NCBI GenBank assembly: GCA_902540265.1
Contig: CACBLW010000003.1
Span: 44,618-108,617, forward strand
Length of the DNA: 64,000 nt
From: an uncultured Alphaproteobacteria bacterium
GTDB lineage: Bacteria > Pseudomonadota > Alphaproteobacteria > HIMB59 > GCA-002718135
Reading direction: 5' to 3'
Below are positions 32,602 through 43,539 of the stretch, piece after piece. The notes under the pieces are model-generated. The model saw nothing but the letters and a program-made list of their open reading frames with translations, was not told where the DNA came from and did not search any database. The first letter of the stretch is position 1; each line of letters starts with the position of its first letter. The translations under genes and the position numbers were made by a program.

Positions 32602-33417
32602 ATGTTTAAAAGGTTATTTTCGAAGAGTACTACAATACCGGTTTTACGTTTATCTGGCATTATATCATCATCGTCAGGCTTAACAGGCTCTGGTTTAGCA
32701 ATAAATAATTTAGAAAAATTAATTGATAAATTATTTGCTGATAAAAAATCTCCTGTTGTATGTTTGGTCATTAATTCACCTGGAGGTTCCCCTACACAAT
32801 CCTCTTTAATAGCAAAAAGGATCATTGATCTGGCAAAGGAAAAAAACAAAAAAGTTTTAGCATTCGTTGAAGATGTTGCAGCTTCTGGTGGTTATTGGTT
32901 AGCTTGTTCTGCTGATGAGATATATATTGATCAAAACTCAGTTATTGGATCAATTGGTGTTATTTCACCAGGTTTTGGTTTTGTTGATCTTTTAAAAAAA
33001 GCTGGAATTGAAAGAAGAGTGTATACATCTGGAAAAAGTAAAAGTTTTCTTGATCCTTTTAAAGAAGAAAAACAGGAAGACATTGATAGATTAAAAAATA
33101 TTCAAGAACAAATTCATGATAATTTTATTAATTATGTAAAAGAGAGAAGAGGCTCAAAACTTGATCAGAATAAATTAGATGATATATTTTCTGGTTTATT
33201 TTGGGTTGGTAATAAAGCTATCGACTTGGGTTTAGCAGATGGTATTGGTGCATTAAAACCAATTTTAGAAGAAAAATTTGGAAAAAAAATTAAAATTAAA
33301 ATGATCAGTCAAAAAAAATCATTTTTACAACGTAGGTTTTCTTCATCAATATTTAACTCTGATGAAATTTTAAATAAAATTGAAGAACGAATTATGTTTT
33401 CTAGGTTTGGTCTGTGA
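32602..33417 (+). CDS. S49 family peptidase
   Basis: INSPGGSP, DVAASGGY, GSIGV, GLADGIG; ATG 32602 preferred. Confidence 0.9.
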   Translation: MFKRLFSKSTTIPVLRLSGIISSSSGLTGSGLAINNLEKLIDKLFADKKSPVVCLVINSPGGSPTQSSLIAKRIIDLAKEKNKKVLAFVEDVAASGGYWLACSADEIYIDQNSVIGSIGVISPGFGFVDLLKKAGIERRVYTSGKSKSFLDPFKEEKQEDIDRLKNIQEQIHDNFINYVKERRGSKLDQNKLDDIFSGLFWVGNKAIDLGLADGIGALKPILEEKFGKKIKIKMISQKKSFLQRRFSSSIFNSDEILNKIEERIMFSRFGL

Positions 33418-33578
33418 TGAAATTCCTAGTTTTATTTGTAATTTTAGCTTCTATTTTATTATTTTTAAGGTTTAAGAAAAAAAAACAAGACAAATTCACT
33501 AATAATAAAGTAAATAATGACTCAGTAATCGATTTAGAAAAAGATCCAAGAACGAAAGAATATAAACCAAAAGATTAA
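33417..33578 (+). CDS. 53-aa single-TM small protein (not in ORF track)
   Basis: [53 protein letters not shown]; TGATG overlap with the S49 gene; ends 7 nt before GlyRS. Confidence 0.75.
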   Translation: MKFLVLFVILASILLFLRFKKKKQDKFTNNKVNNDSVIDLEKDPRTKEYKPKD

Positions 33579-33585
33579 GAGTTAT

Positions 33586-34962
33586 ATGACTGCACAAACA
33601 ATGGAAGAGTTAGTTTCTCTTTGTAAAAGAAGAGGCTTTTTATTTCAATCAAATGACATCTATGGCGGTATCAAAGGTTTATATGATTATGGACCAATGG
33701 GAGTCGAGTTAAAAAATAATCTTAAACAAGCTTGGTGGAAATCAATGGTATATGAGCGAGATGACACTGAGGGATTGGATGCAAGTATTTTAAGTGCGCC
33801 AGTTGTATTAAAACATTCCGGTCATGAAGATACTTTCTCAGATCCACTTGTAGACTGTAAGATTTGTAAAGCTAGATTTAGAGCAGATCAGTTAGAAAAT
33901 AGTGAATGCCCAAGAGGAGGACTATTGCCTGATTGTAAAGTTAAAGATTTGACTGAACCAAGGCCTTTTAATTTAATGTTTAAAACCGCAATTGGTCCAG
34001 TAGATGATGGTTCATCATTCGCATATTTAAGACCAGAAACATGTCAGCAAATTTTTACTAATTTTAAAAATATATTAGACTCAACGTCTAGAACTGTTCC
34101 TTTTGGTATAGCACAAATGGGAAAAGCGTTTAGAAATGAAATAACACCTCGTAATTTTATCTTTAGAGTTAGAGAGTTTGAACAAATGGAATTAGAGTTT
34201 TTTGTTAAACCAGGTACTGACGATGAATGGCATGAATACTGGATAAATAAGAGAACAGAATGGTGGGTAAACCAAGGAATAAAAAAAGAAAATTTAAAAA
34301 AAATTGAAGTAGAAAAAAATGAATTAGCTCACTACTCAAAAAGAACTGTTGATATCAATTATGTGTTTCCTCATGGGGAAGAGGAACTTGAAGGAGTGGC
34401 CAATAGAACTGACTTTGACTTAGGTTCTCACACTAAAAATCAAAACGATTTTAAAATTACATCAGAAGTTATGAAAAACTCTTCTTCTACGACAAAACTA
34501 GCTGTTCAAGATTTAGAAGAAAAAAATTGGTATATTCCTTACGTTATTGAGCCATCAGCTGGAGTTGATAGAGGAGTTCTTGCTTTGTTAAATGAAGCTT
34601 ATCGTGAAGAAAATGTAGATAAAGATAATAAAAGAATTGTTTTATCTCTCAAACCTCATTTATCACCCATTAAAGCAGCTGTTATTCCTCTTAAAAAGAA
34701 TAATGAAGAATTAGTTAATCTATCTAAAGAAATAAAATCTAATCTGCAGAAATTGGGATTAGGTAGAGTTGTCTTAGAAAATTCAGGAAACATTGGTAAG
34801 AATTATAGAAGACATGATGAAATAGGAACGCCAATTTGTTTAACTGTAGATTTTGAAACTCTAGAAGATAAAAGTGTTACTGTAAGGGATAGAGATACTA
34901 TGAAACAAGAAAGAGTTTCTATAGAAAATTTATCTGAATATTACAAAAAATATTTCAACTAA
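33586..34962 (+). CDS. glyQS: Glycine--tRNA ligase, homodimeric alpha2 type
   Basis: [66 protein letters not shown]; single 458-aa chain. Confidence 0.95.
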   Translation: MTAQTMEELVSLCKRRGFLFQSNDIYGGIKGLYDYGPMGVELKNNLKQAWWKSMVYERDDTEGLDASILSAPVVLKHSGHEDTFSDPLVDCKICKARFRADQLENSECPRGGLLPDCKVKDLTEPRPFNLMFKTAIGPVDDGSSFAYLRPETCQQIFTNFKNILDSTSRTVPFGIAQMGKAFRNEITPRNFIFRVREFEQMELEFFVKPGTDDEWHEYWINKRTEWWVNQGIKKENLKKIEVEKNELAHYSKRTVDINYVFPHGEEELEGVANRTDFDLGSHTKNQNDFKITSEVMKNSSSTTKLAVQDLEEKNWYIPYVIEPSAGVDRGVLALLNEAYREENVDKDNKRIVLSLKPHLSPIKAAVIPLKKNNEELVNLSKEIKSNLQKLGLGRVVLENSGNIGKNYRRHDEIGTPICLTVDFETLEDKSVTVRDRDTMKQERVSIENLSEYYKKYFN

Positions 34963-34971
34963 TAAAATTGT

Positions 34972-36120
34972 ATGAAAAAAGTAAGTGATATTCATGCAAT
35001 AAAAATTATTTTTTTTATTACTGCATGTTATGTAGGATTATGGGCTATTAGGATACCTACCATTAAGGATCAGCTTCAAACTAATTATGTTGGTGTTGGA
35101 TATATTATGTTATCATTTGCAATTGGCTCAATTGTTGCAATGATTTTTGCAAATGCACTAATTCTTAAAACATCTACAAAATCAATATTAACGTGTACCT
35201 TAATTGCTGAAGGTTGTTTATGGTTGCCAGTACCGTTCATTCAAGAATTATGGCTTTTTATGGTTTTCTCATTCATTTTTGGTATGAGTTATGGTGCATT
35301 CGAAATAGCATGCAACGTTTATGCATCAAATTTAGAAGTTAGAGAAAAGAAATCTATGATGTCTGGGTTTCATGCATTTTGGAGTCTTGGTGTTTTATTT
35401 GGCTCTTTGATAACAAGTTTTTTACTAGAGTGGAATTATTCTTTTATTTTTAATATACTTTTGTATATCATCATTCTGCTTCCTTTGAGCTTGTATTTTG
35501 TCCTTTGTTTAGAGTCACATGTTGAAACAAAAACTAAAGACTCGAGTAAAAAAAATATATTTTTTATTTGGCCATTACTTATTATTTTACTTGCTTTAAT
35601 TGCAATGGCAAACGCTCTAACAGAAGGTAGTGTTGATGCATGGGGAGCTCTTTATATGAGAGATTTTATTCAAGTTGATGGTTTCTATATCGGCTTAGCA
35701 ACTCTAAGTTTTAATATTTTTATGGTTATCGGAAGATTTAGTGGTGATTGGGTAAGAGATAAAATCGGAGTTTTTCTTTTGATTTTCTTTTTATTTTTAT
35801 CGACGATTATAAGTTTAATAATTTTATCTAATTTCAGCACTATTTATGCAGCAATTATTGGTTTTTCATTATTAGGTATCGGAGCATCCTCAATTGTTCC
35901 TATCGCATATAGTTTAGCTGGAAAAATTGAGGGAATTGATAGTGGAGTAGGGATAACAATCATTTCAATTGCAGTTTACGGAACATTTATAGGGGCTCCA
36001 GCTTCATTAGGATTTATTGCAAACAACTATGGAATTAATAATATATTTGTTCCAATGCTAATAATTTTTATGATTTTAATAATTCCAGTAAGTTTTTATA
36101 GAAAAAAATTTTCAGTTTAA
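34972..36120 (+). CDS. MFS transporter
   Basis: About 12 TM helices; WAIRIP, MSGFHAFWSLG, EG...W, GRFSGD. Confidence 0.85.
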   Translation: MKKVSDIHAIKIIFFITACYVGLWAIRIPTIKDQLQTNYVGVGYIMLSFAIGSIVAMIFANALILKTSTKSILTCTLIAEGCLWLPVPFIQELWLFMVFSFIFGMSYGAFEIACNVYASNLEVREKKSMMSGFHAFWSLGVLFGSLITSFLLEWNYSFIFNILLYIIILLPLSLYFVLCLESHVETKTKDSSKKNIFFIWPLLIILLALIAMANALTEGSVDAWGALYMRDFIQVDGFYIGLATLSFNIFMVIGRFSGDWVRDKIGVFLLIFFLFLSTIISLIILSNFSTIYAAIIGFSLLGIGASSIVPIAYSLAGKIEGIDSGVGITIISIAVYGTFIGAPASLGFIANNYGINNIFVPMLIIFMILIIPVSFYRKKFSV

Positions 36121-36942
36121 AAAATCAAAAGATAATGAATCATTAATTACTAAATTTTGATCTTTATTTTTTATTTCATTAACAAAATTAATATTTAATG
36201 CTGCAAAAATATTTGAATTTGCTTTTGATACAATTGTACCTATTTTTTTATTATCTACTATCAACTCATCTCCCTCTAGCACATCTCCACTTTTTATTTT
36301 TAAAGCGTAAAGTTTTTTCTTTAGTAATCCACGGTATTTCATTCTTGCAGTAATTTCTTGACCCACATAGCATCCCTTATCCCAATCAATAGCATTTAAA
36401 TTATCAAAATTATTTTCTAATAATAAAGATTTATTTTCTAAAATATCAAATGGTGAATATGGTGTTGTATGATTAATTAAAATTTCATGATATTCTGTTT
36501 CATTAATTTCTTTTAATCGCTCTTTTCCAATTAAAATTTTTTTATCCGTTATAAGTTTTTTACCTAAGTTTATATTTCTAGGATCATTTAAATAAACATT
36601 ATAATCACCTTCATAATCTATATTAAATAATGAATAAGAATTTAGATTATTAATTTCTTTAATTTCTATATCAGAGCGAAGTTTATAAATTTTTAATCGT
36701 CCTAATAAATTACTATAAAATTTATCATTAGTTTCAAAAATATAGTTTTCATTTATATTGAATATAAAAAAATCTGCTAAAAATTTACCCTGAGGTGTTA
36801 ATAGACATGAATAAATAATTGATCCATCATTACATTTTTCAATGTCATTAGTAATTAAATTTTGAATAAATGATTTACTATCTTTTCCAGAAATCTCAAA
36901 AAATCTTGAATTCAGATGATGAAAAAAGTATTTATCTTTCAT
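36112..36942 (-). CDS. ygfZ: Folate-binding Fe-S cluster repair protein YgfZ/CAF17
   Basis: LLTPQGK and KGCYVGQE signature. Confidence 0.9.
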   Translation of the reverse strand: MKDKYFFHHLNSRFFEISGKDSKSFIQNLITNDIEKCNDGSIIYSCLLTPQGKFLADFFIFNINENYIFETNDKFYSNLLGRLKIYKLRSDIEIKEINNLNSYSLFNIDYEGDYNVYLNDPRNINLGKKLITDKKILIGKERLKEINETEYHEILINHTTPYSPFDILENKSLLLENNFDNLNAIDWDKGCYVGQEITARMKYRGLLKKKLYALKIKSGDVLEGDELIVDNKKIGTIVSKANSNIFAALNINFVNEIKNKDQNLVINDSLSFDFLN

Positions 36943-36987
36943 AATTATCTAAATATATATTGAATATATTAAAAGTGTAATATTTCT

Positions 36988-37911
36988 GTGAAAATTCTTG
37001 TTATTTCGTCAAATCTTATTGGAGATACAATTCTATCAACTGGAGTAATAAATTATTTTAGTCAAAAATATCCAGAAACTAAATTTACATTTGTAATTGG
37101 TCCATCTGCTAAATCAATTTTCAAAAACTTTAAATCTGTAGAAACCATAATCACTGTTTCAAAAAAAAGATACAATATGCATTGGTTAGATATAATTTCT
37201 AATTGTTATGGAAAGAAGTGGGATATAATTATTGATTTTAGAAGTTCGTTGTTATCATATTTTTTAAAACATAAGCAAAAATTTATTTTTAAAAAAAAAT
37301 CTAATCTAAACCATGTACAGCAATTATCTAATTACTTTAAATTTGATTGTTCAGATTTGTTTATTGAGACAAATACAGAAGAAGAAGAAATAGTTACAAA
37401 ACATTTGTCCAATGATTTTAAATATTTTGTTATATTTCCAGGTGGAAATTGGAAACCAAAAATTTGGAGTATTAAAAATTATAATTCACTATTAATCAAA
37501 ATTTTATCTCAAAATAAAAATATTAAATTTATTTTAGTTGGTTCAAAATCAGAAGAAGAAAATTATTTAAATGAAATAACAAAAAATATTGATAGTAATA
37601 AGATAATTAATTTATTTGGTGCATCATTGACTCAAACTGCTGCTTATATGAAGAAATCAAAATTATTTATTGGAAATGATTCAGGATTATCACATATGGC
37701 TTCAGCCACAAAATTAAAGTCTATAGTATTATTTGGCCCAACAAATGATGTGATTTACGGTCCATTTATGCAAGATTCACAAGTTATAAGAACAAATGAA
37801 AGCTATGACTATTTTAAAAGTATAAATATTGATAAAACAAAGTCTTATATGGACTCTATAAGCGTAGAAAAGATTTATTTTACATTACAAAAAAATAATT
37901 ATTGTGAATAA
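36988..37911 (+). CDS. Glycosyltransferase family 9 (heptosyltransferase-like)
   Basis: IGD.ILS, PGG.W..K.W, GNDSGLSHMA, LFGPT; GTG start. Confidence 0.88.
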   Translation: MKILVISSNLIGDTILSTGVINYFSQKYPETKFTFVIGPSAKSIFKNFKSVETIITVSKKRYNMHWLDIISNCYGKKWDIIIDFRSSLLSYFLKHKQKFIFKKKSNLNHVQQLSNYFKFDCSDLFIETNTEEEEIVTKHLSNDFKYFVIFPGGNWKPKIWSIKNYNSLLIKILSQNKNIKFILVGSKSEEENYLNEITKNIDSNKIINLFGASLTQTAAYMKKSKLFIGNDSGLSHMASATKLKSIVLFGPTNDVIYGPFMQDSQVIRTNESYDYFKSINIDKTKSYMDSISVEKIYFTLQKNNYCE

Positions 37912-38938
37912 AAATATTGAAATAATTCAGCCTGATGATTGGCATGTACATTTTAGAGAAGGCGACATGTTAGAAATGGTTACTAATTTCTCCTCAAGAA
38001 TAAATAATAGATGCGTGGCAATGCCAAATACAGAAATTCCCATAACAGATACTAATAAAGCTTCTGCTTATAAAGAGCTTTTAAATAAAGCATCTAGTAA
38101 TAATTTTGAACCACTTATACCTTGTTATTTGAATGAAAATTTAGATTTAGAAGATTTTAGAAAAGGTATGCAAAATAAAGTTTTCTTTGGATCTAAACTT
38201 TATCCATCAAATGCAACTACAAACTCAAGTCATGGGGTGAGTGACATTTCAAAAATTTTTAAATTCTTGGAGATTTTAGAAGAAGAAAAAAGCCCATTAC
38301 TAATACACGGCGAAAAAGTTGCTGAAGATATAGATATTTTTGATAGAGAAAAATATTTTATAGATGATGAATTAAGCATTATTAGAAAAAAATTTCCCCT
38401 TTTAAAAATCACACTTGAACATGTATCAACTTCATATGGAGTTAATTATGTGAAAGAAAACGAAAATATTGCAGGAACAATTACACCTCACCACATGCTT
38501 TTAACAAAAAAAGATGTATTTCATGATGGTTCTATTAATCCTCACCATTTTTGTATGCCAGTTGTTAAAAACGAAACAGATTTAATAGAATTAAGAAAAG
38601 CTGCATGTCACAATAATTCCAAATTTTTTTTAGGTACGGACTCAGCACCACATCCAATTCAAGAAAAAAAACCAGATATGTCATCTAAGCCAGGAATATT
38701 TTCCTCTCCTTGCTCAATAGAATTATATGCAGAAATTTTTGACCAAGAAAATGCAATTGATAAGTTAGAGATATTTTGTTCAATTAACGGGGCAAAACAT
38801 TATAGTTATCCAATCAATGTTAAAAAAATTAAATTAGAAAAAAAAGAATGGATTATGTCAGAATTATCTAGTTATAATGACATTCAGGTTAAGAATTTTT
38901 ATGCTAACAAAAAAATTAATTGGAAAGTAGTCCATTAA
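37904..38938 (+). CDS. pyrC: Dihydroorotase (homodimeric, E. coli type)
   Basis: PDDWHVHFR, MPN, KLYP.NATTNS, IHGE, LEHV, GTDSAPH. Confidence 0.95.
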   Translation: MNKNIEIIQPDDWHVHFREGDMLEMVTNFSSRINNRCVAMPNTEIPITDTNKASAYKELLNKASSNNFEPLIPCYLNENLDLEDFRKGMQNKVFFGSKLYPSNATTNSSHGVSDISKIFKFLEILEEEKSPLLIHGEKVAEDIDIFDREKYFIDDELSIIRKKFPLLKITLEHVSTSYGVNYVKENENIAGTITPHHMLLTKKDVFHDGSINPHHFCMPVVKNETDLIELRKAACHNNSKFFLGTDSAPHPIQEKKPDMSSKPGIFSSPCSIELYAEIFDQENAIDKLEIFCSINGAKHYSYPINVKKIKLEKKEWIMSELSSYNDIQVKNFYANKKINWKVVH

Positions 38939-38955
38939 TCTTTATAGAAATATTA

Positions 38956-39312
38956 ATGTCATTAGGAACAAAAATCTATACTTGGCTTAACGGAAACTTA
39001 GTTGGTAGTGATGATTTAGGGAATAAATATTACTCTAGCTCCAAAGATTTTAAAGATTTAAAAGCAAAAAGATGGGTAATTTTTAATGGCGAAATAGAAG
39101 CATCAAATATACCACCGCACTGGCATGCTTGGCTGCACAAATCGATTGATATTCCTCCACTTGACTATTCACATAAATATAAATGGCAAAAAAATCATAA
39201 ACCAAATATGACTGGTACTAGTGATGCATATTTCCCATCATCTCATCCTCTTTCAAAAAATTATGACCCAGAAAAAAAAGAAGAAGAATATAAATCTTGG
39301 ACTCCTAATTAG
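38956..39312 (+). CDS. NADH:ubiquinone oxidoreductase NDUFA12-family subunit
   Basis: G.D..GNKYY, RWVIF, IPPHWHAWLH, HKPNMTGT, Y.SWTP; ATG 38956 preferred. Confidence 0.9.
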   Translation: MSLGTKIYTWLNGNLVGSDDLGNKYYSSSKDFKDLKAKRWVIFNGEIEASNIPPHWHAWLHKSIDIPPLDYSHKYKWQKNHKPNMTGTSDAYFPSSHPLSKNYDPEKKEEEYKSWTPN

Positions 39313-39667
39313 AGTAACATTTTTTTTTCTCCTACCGTTAACTGTTTCTGCTGAGACTATTGAGAAAAAGTATGCCTCTTTTAAGTTATTAAACAAGACT
39401 ACTAATAAAGTTTCCACTAAGGATATTTTGGTAAGTTCGAAAATATCATGGGAAACTTTAAATATTGAAGTTTTGTATTGCGGTAGCACTCCTCCAACTG
39501 AAATTCCTGAAGATTATGTTTTGATAGATGTTTATGATACTATCAATAATGAAAATATTAATATTTATAAAGGCTGGATGATTTCTTCTTCCCCCGATGT
39601 TACTCCGTTAGAAAATCCTATTTATGATCTTTGGTTAGTTGATTGTAGTAACGATAAGACTTCTTGA
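39263..39667 (+). CDS. DUF2155 family protein
   Basis: LNK.T, C..TPP.E.PE, GWM.SSSP....LE.PIYD.W..DC; start uncertain. Confidence 0.8.
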   Translation: MTQKKKKKNINLGLLIRVTFFFLLPLTVSAETIEKKYASFKLLNKTTNKVSTKDILVSSKISWETLNIEVLYCGSTPPTEIPEDYVLIDVYDTINNENINIYKGWMISSSPDVTPLENPIYDLWLVDCSNDKTS

Positions 39668-40275
39668 AAATTATTAACTTCCTTAAAGCAACTTTCAATC
39701 TCTAAACTTTCTTTAAGTTTATTTTCATAAATTTCAGTTTCTATCTCGTACGCTCCAAACTGAACTAAATGGGGATTGAAAAACTGTGAATCTAAAATAG
39801 AAAAATTATTTTTTTTCAATATTGCCAATAAATAAAGTAGACAAAACTTACTAGTATTAGTCTTTAAACTAAACATGCTTTCACCAAAAAAACATGATCC
39901 TATATGTAAACCATATAAACCACCAATTAGATTATCATCTTCATAACATTCTACACTGTGACATTTGCCTATTTTATGTAATTCAATATATGTATCTAAA
40001 ATAATTTCATTAATCCAAGTATCTTGATCCTTTCTTTTAATTTCTTTGCATAACTCAATAACTTTTGCAAAATTTTGATCAATTTTAAAACTATATTTTG
40101 TTTTTTTAAACTCACTAAAAAGTTTCTTTGGATAATGAAAATTTGAAATTGGAATGATAAATCTTAATTTGGGTTTATAAAATTTTATTTCTTCAGAATA
40201 CTTACTATCAGCCATCGGAAAGTAAGCTCTTTTATAAAATTCTATTAAGCTGTTTAAATCAATTATTTTACTCAA
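39622..40275 (-). CDS. aat: Leucyl/phenylalanyl-tRNA--protein transferase
   Basis: FPMA, TWIN, HSVE, GGLYG, FFGESMFS, D.QF...HL..FG. Confidence 0.93.
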   Translation of the reverse strand: MSKIIDLNSLIEFYKRAYFPMADSKYSEEIKFYKPKLRFIIPISNFHYPKKLFSEFKKTKYSFKIDQNFAKVIELCKEIKRKDQDTWINEIILDTYIELHKIGKCHSVECYEDDNLIGGLYGLHIGSCFFGESMFSLKTNTSKFCLLYLLAILKKNNFSILDSQFFNPHLVQFGAYEIETEIYENKLKESLEIESCFKEVNNFQEVLSLLQSTNQRS

Positions 40276-41599
40276 TTAAATTTGACATAAAATTAATGTT
40301 GTAACTTCCTCTTTTAAACTCATCAGTTTGAATAATTTTTTGATGTAGTTGAATATTAGTATTTATTCCCATAATTACATATTCTTCTAATGCTCTATTC
40401 ATTTTTTTTAGAGCTTCTGATCTTGTTGCGCCGTAGGTAATTAGTTTACCAATCATACTATCATAGTGGGATGGAATTGAGTATCCATCGTAAACAGCTG
40501 AGTCTACTCGAATACCTAGTCCTCCAGGTTGATGATATTGTGTTATCTTACCTGGTGATGGTATAAAACTTTCTGGATGTTCGGCATTAATTCGACATTC
40601 AATTGAACTACCTTTAAGTTTAATATCTTCTTGTTTTATTGTAAGCTTTTCACCATTAGCGACAAGAATTTGTTCTTTTACAAGATCAATGCCAGTTACC
40701 ATTTCTGTAACTGGGTGCTCAACTTGTAATCGTGTATTCATTTCCATAAAATAAAATTCATCATTTTCATATAAAAATTCTAATGTTCCAACTCCTTCAT
40801 AGCCAATTTCTTTCATAGATTTTCTACAAAGTTCAGAAATTTTTTCTCTATTTTCATTCGTTAGAACTGAACTTGGACTTTCTTCAATAAGTTTTTGATG
40901 CTTCCTTTGAATTGAGCAATCTCTTTCTCCAAGAGTAACAACATTTCCAAATGAATCACAAAGAACTTGAATTTCAATATGTTTAGGAGACGTTAAAAAT
41001 TTTTCTAAATAAACATTTTCATCATTAAATGATTTTTTTGCTTCAATTTTTGCTTCATTTATAGCTTTATTCAAATCATCTTCTTCTGTGACAATTCTCA
41101 TTCCTTTTCCACCACCTCCACTCGCTGCTTTTACTATAATTGGGTATTTTACTTTTTTTATAAATTCTTCAATTTGATTTTTATCGCTTAAGTCATTTAT
41201 ACCTTTTACTGTTGGCACCCCAGTTTCATCCATTATTTTTTTAGCATCAATTTTGTTGCCCATCATTTTGATGTGTTTAGATTTTGGCCCAATAAATTTA
41301 ATATTGTGTTCTTCAATAATTTCGGCAAACCTTTGATTTTCACTCAAAAAACCATATCCAGGATGAATTGCATCTACATCAGTTAATGTTGCAGCAGTTA
41401 TAATTGCAGGTATGTTTAAATAACTTGATTGTGCAGAGGCTGGTCCTACACAAATACTTTCATCTGCCATTCTTACATGCATGGCATTTTCATCAACATC
41501 AGAATGAATGGCTACAGTTTTTATTCCTAATTCTCTGCAGGCTCTAAGAACACGTAAAGCAATTTCACCTCTGTTAGCAATCAGAATTTTTTTGAACAT
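40268..41599 (-). CDS. accC: Acetyl-CoA carboxylase biotin carboxylase
   Basis: ANRGEIA, HPGYGFLSEN, GGGGKGM, ERDCSIQR, EMNTRLQVEH. Confidence 0.97.
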   Translation of the reverse strand: MFKKILIANRGEIALRVLRACRELGIKTVAIHSDVDENAMHVRMADESICVGPASAQSSYLNIPAIITAATLTDVDAIHPGYGFLSENQRFAEIIEEHNIKFIGPKSKHIKMMGNKIDAKKIMDETGVPTVKGINDLSDKNQIEEFIKKVKYPIIVKAASGGGGKGMRIVTEEDDLNKAINEAKIEAKKSFNDENVYLEKFLTSPKHIEIQVLCDSFGNVVTLGERDCSIQRKHQKLIEESPSSVLTNENREKISELCRKSMKEIGYEGVGTLEFLYENDEFYFMEMNTRLQVEHPVTEMVTGIDLVKEQILVANGEKLTIKQEDIKLKGSSIECRINAEHPESFIPSPGKITQYHQPGGLGIRVDSAVYDGYSIPSHYDSMIGKLITYGATRSEALKKMNRALEEYVIMGINTNIQLHQKIIQTDEFKRGSYNINFMSNLIE

Positions 41600-42045
41600 T
41601 ATTCAAAAATTATAAGAGTATCACCATATTCAACAGGCTGGCTATTCAACGTAACTATTTTTTTGATAATACCAGATCTAGGAGCTTTGATTTCATTAAA
41701 AGTTTTCATTGCTTCAATTAACAATAAAGTATCACCTGCTTTAACATGTTGACCAACCTTAACATAAGGTTGCGAATTTGGATCAGCAGAAAGATAAGCA
41801 ACTCCTACCATTGGAGATTTAACAATATTATCTTCATTTACAACATCATTTGTATTTTCAACCTCTTTAACATCAATATTTTTTTCTATTTTTTGAACAG
41901 AAACATTGTTTTCATTGAAGTCATTTGATGTAATCTCAATTTCATAATCATTTTTTTTTATTTTTATTTTAGCAACACTATTAATTTTAGATTCTTTAAC
42001 GATTAACTTAATATTCTCTAAATCCATTTTTTCTATTTTAGTCAT
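41599..42045 (-). CDS. accB: Biotin carboxyl carrier protein
   Basis: SPMVG and EAMK biotinylation motif. Confidence 0.95.
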   Translation of the reverse strand: MTKIEKMDLENIKLIVKESKINSVAKIKIKKNDYEIEITSNDFNENNVSVQKIEKNIDVKEVENTNDVVNEDNIVKSPMVGVAYLSADPNSQPYVKVGQHVKAGDTLLLIEAMKTFNEIKAPRSGIIKKIVTLNSQPVEYGDTLIIFE

Positions 42046-42047
42046 AC

Positions 42048-42485
42048 TTATTTATAAATTAATTTGCATATTGCTTCAATTCCTAGAAGATAACTATTTC
42101 CACCAAATCCACATATTAAACCATGCACTCCTTCGGAAGTAATACTTTTTTTTCTATACTCTTCTCTTGAATAAATATTTGAAAGATGAATTTCTATCTT
42201 GGGTTTATTTATTGCTCTTAATGAATCTAGAATGGCTATTGATGAATGAGTAAATGCTGCTGGATTAATAATTAGACCATCAAATTTATCATTTACTTCA
42301 TGAATTTTATCAATTATTTCCCCTTCATTATTAGATTGAAAAAAAATAATTTCTAATTTGTTCTCTATACCTTTTCTTTCACAATCAGATTTAATCTTAT
42401 CTAAACTGTCTTTACCATAAATATCATCTTCTCTAATACCTAATAGATTTAGATTAGGGCCATTAATAATTAATATTTTTTTCAT
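42048..42485 (-). CDS. aroQ: Type II 3-dehydroquinate dehydratase
   Basis: NGPNLNLLG.RE..IYG, QSN.EG, INPAAFTH, EIHLSN. Confidence 0.96.
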   Translation of the reverse strand: MKKILIINGPNLNLLGIREDDIYGKDSLDKIKSDCERKGIENKLEIIFFQSNNEGEIIDKIHEVNDKFDGLIINPAAFTHSSIAILDSLRAINKPKIEIHLSNIYSREEYRKKSITSEGVHGLICGFGGNSYLLGIEAICKLIYK

Positions 42486-42486
42486 T

Positions 42487-43539
42487 TTAATTAAAATGCT
42501 TACTTAATTTTAAACCTTGATTTTGATAATTTGATTTAATTTCTTTTCCGTATACAATATTACTATTTTTGTTCAACTTTTCATATTTAATTCTAGCTAT
42601 AGTTTGACCATCTTCTAATAAAAAAGGTACTTCATTAGTTTTTACTTCCAAAACTGCATATGATCCTTTACCTAGACCAAAACCAGGATCAAAAAAACCT
42701 GCATAATGTGCTCTGAAGTCTCCAATGCCCGTATCGTATGGTATCATTTCACCAGCTAAATTTGATGGTATCACAACCTTCTCTTTTGATCTCAAAATAT
42801 AAAACTTGTTTTTTTCAATTACTAATTTTTTATTGTTTTTTCTAATTACATTCCAAAAATCATTAATTTTATGAGATTTAATTTTAGAGAAATTTAGAAC
42901 TGGAGTATGTTTTTTGGCTACGTAAGCAACTATATTTGATCCAACCAGATCAACTGATAACTTTAATCCATTATCAATTTTAAAATTGTCTTTAGTTTGA
43001 TTTGAAATTTTTTTATTTAGGTTAATTAATTGTTTATCAGTCAAATAATTATGATTTTTGTTTACAAGTCTTAATTGATTTAAAGAATTATTTTTTTTAA
43101 AAGATACATCAAATGATCTTGATGTTATTTCCAAAAATATCTCACCTTTATAATTTCTAGGAATTTTTTCATATTCCTCTGCATAATCAACTAGTGTTCT
43201 ACAAAAAATATCTAATCTGCCAGTACTACTTTTAGGGTTGCAGTGACCAAATATATTATTTTTTAATTTAAGACTTTCATTAAGTTTAACAATATAAGTC
43301 TTGTTTTTTCTAAATATAAATCCTTTACTTAGATTTATTTTTTTAATAGCTAAATCTTTTATTTTATCTCTAACTTTTGAATTATAGGATAAGAAGCTAT
43401 ACTTAATTTCATAGCATTCCTCACTTAATGACAAGTCCATGCTTGATGGTTGTATTTGGTTATTTTTAATGTTTTCAGTTATTATGAAATTTTTATTAAT
43501 TAAATTTATGTAATCTTGATATACTAGAGATCCGTTCAT
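42487..43539 (-). CDS. dcd: 2'-deoxycytidine 5'-triphosphate deaminase (long alphaproteobacterial form)
   Basis: QPSSMDL, NPKSSTGRLD, HYAGFFDPGFG, SNYQ.QGLKLSKHF. Confidence 0.9.
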   Translation of the reverse strand: MNGSLVYQDYINLINKNFIITENIKNNQIQPSSMDLSLSEECYEIKYSFLSYNSKVRDKIKDLAIKKINLSKGFIFRKNKTYIVKLNESLKLKNNIFGHCNPKSSTGRLDIFCRTLVDYAEEYEKIPRNYKGEIFLEITSRSFDVSFKKNNSLNQLRLVNKNHNYLTDKQLINLNKKISNQTKDNFKIDNGLKLSVDLVGSNIVAYVAKKHTPVLNFSKIKSHKINDFWNVIRKNNKKLVIEKNKFYILRSKEKVVIPSNLAGEMIPYDTGIGDFRAHYAGFFDPGFGLGKGSYAVLEVKTNEVPFLLEDGQTIARIKYEKLNKNSNIVYGKEIKSNYQNQGLKLSKHFN

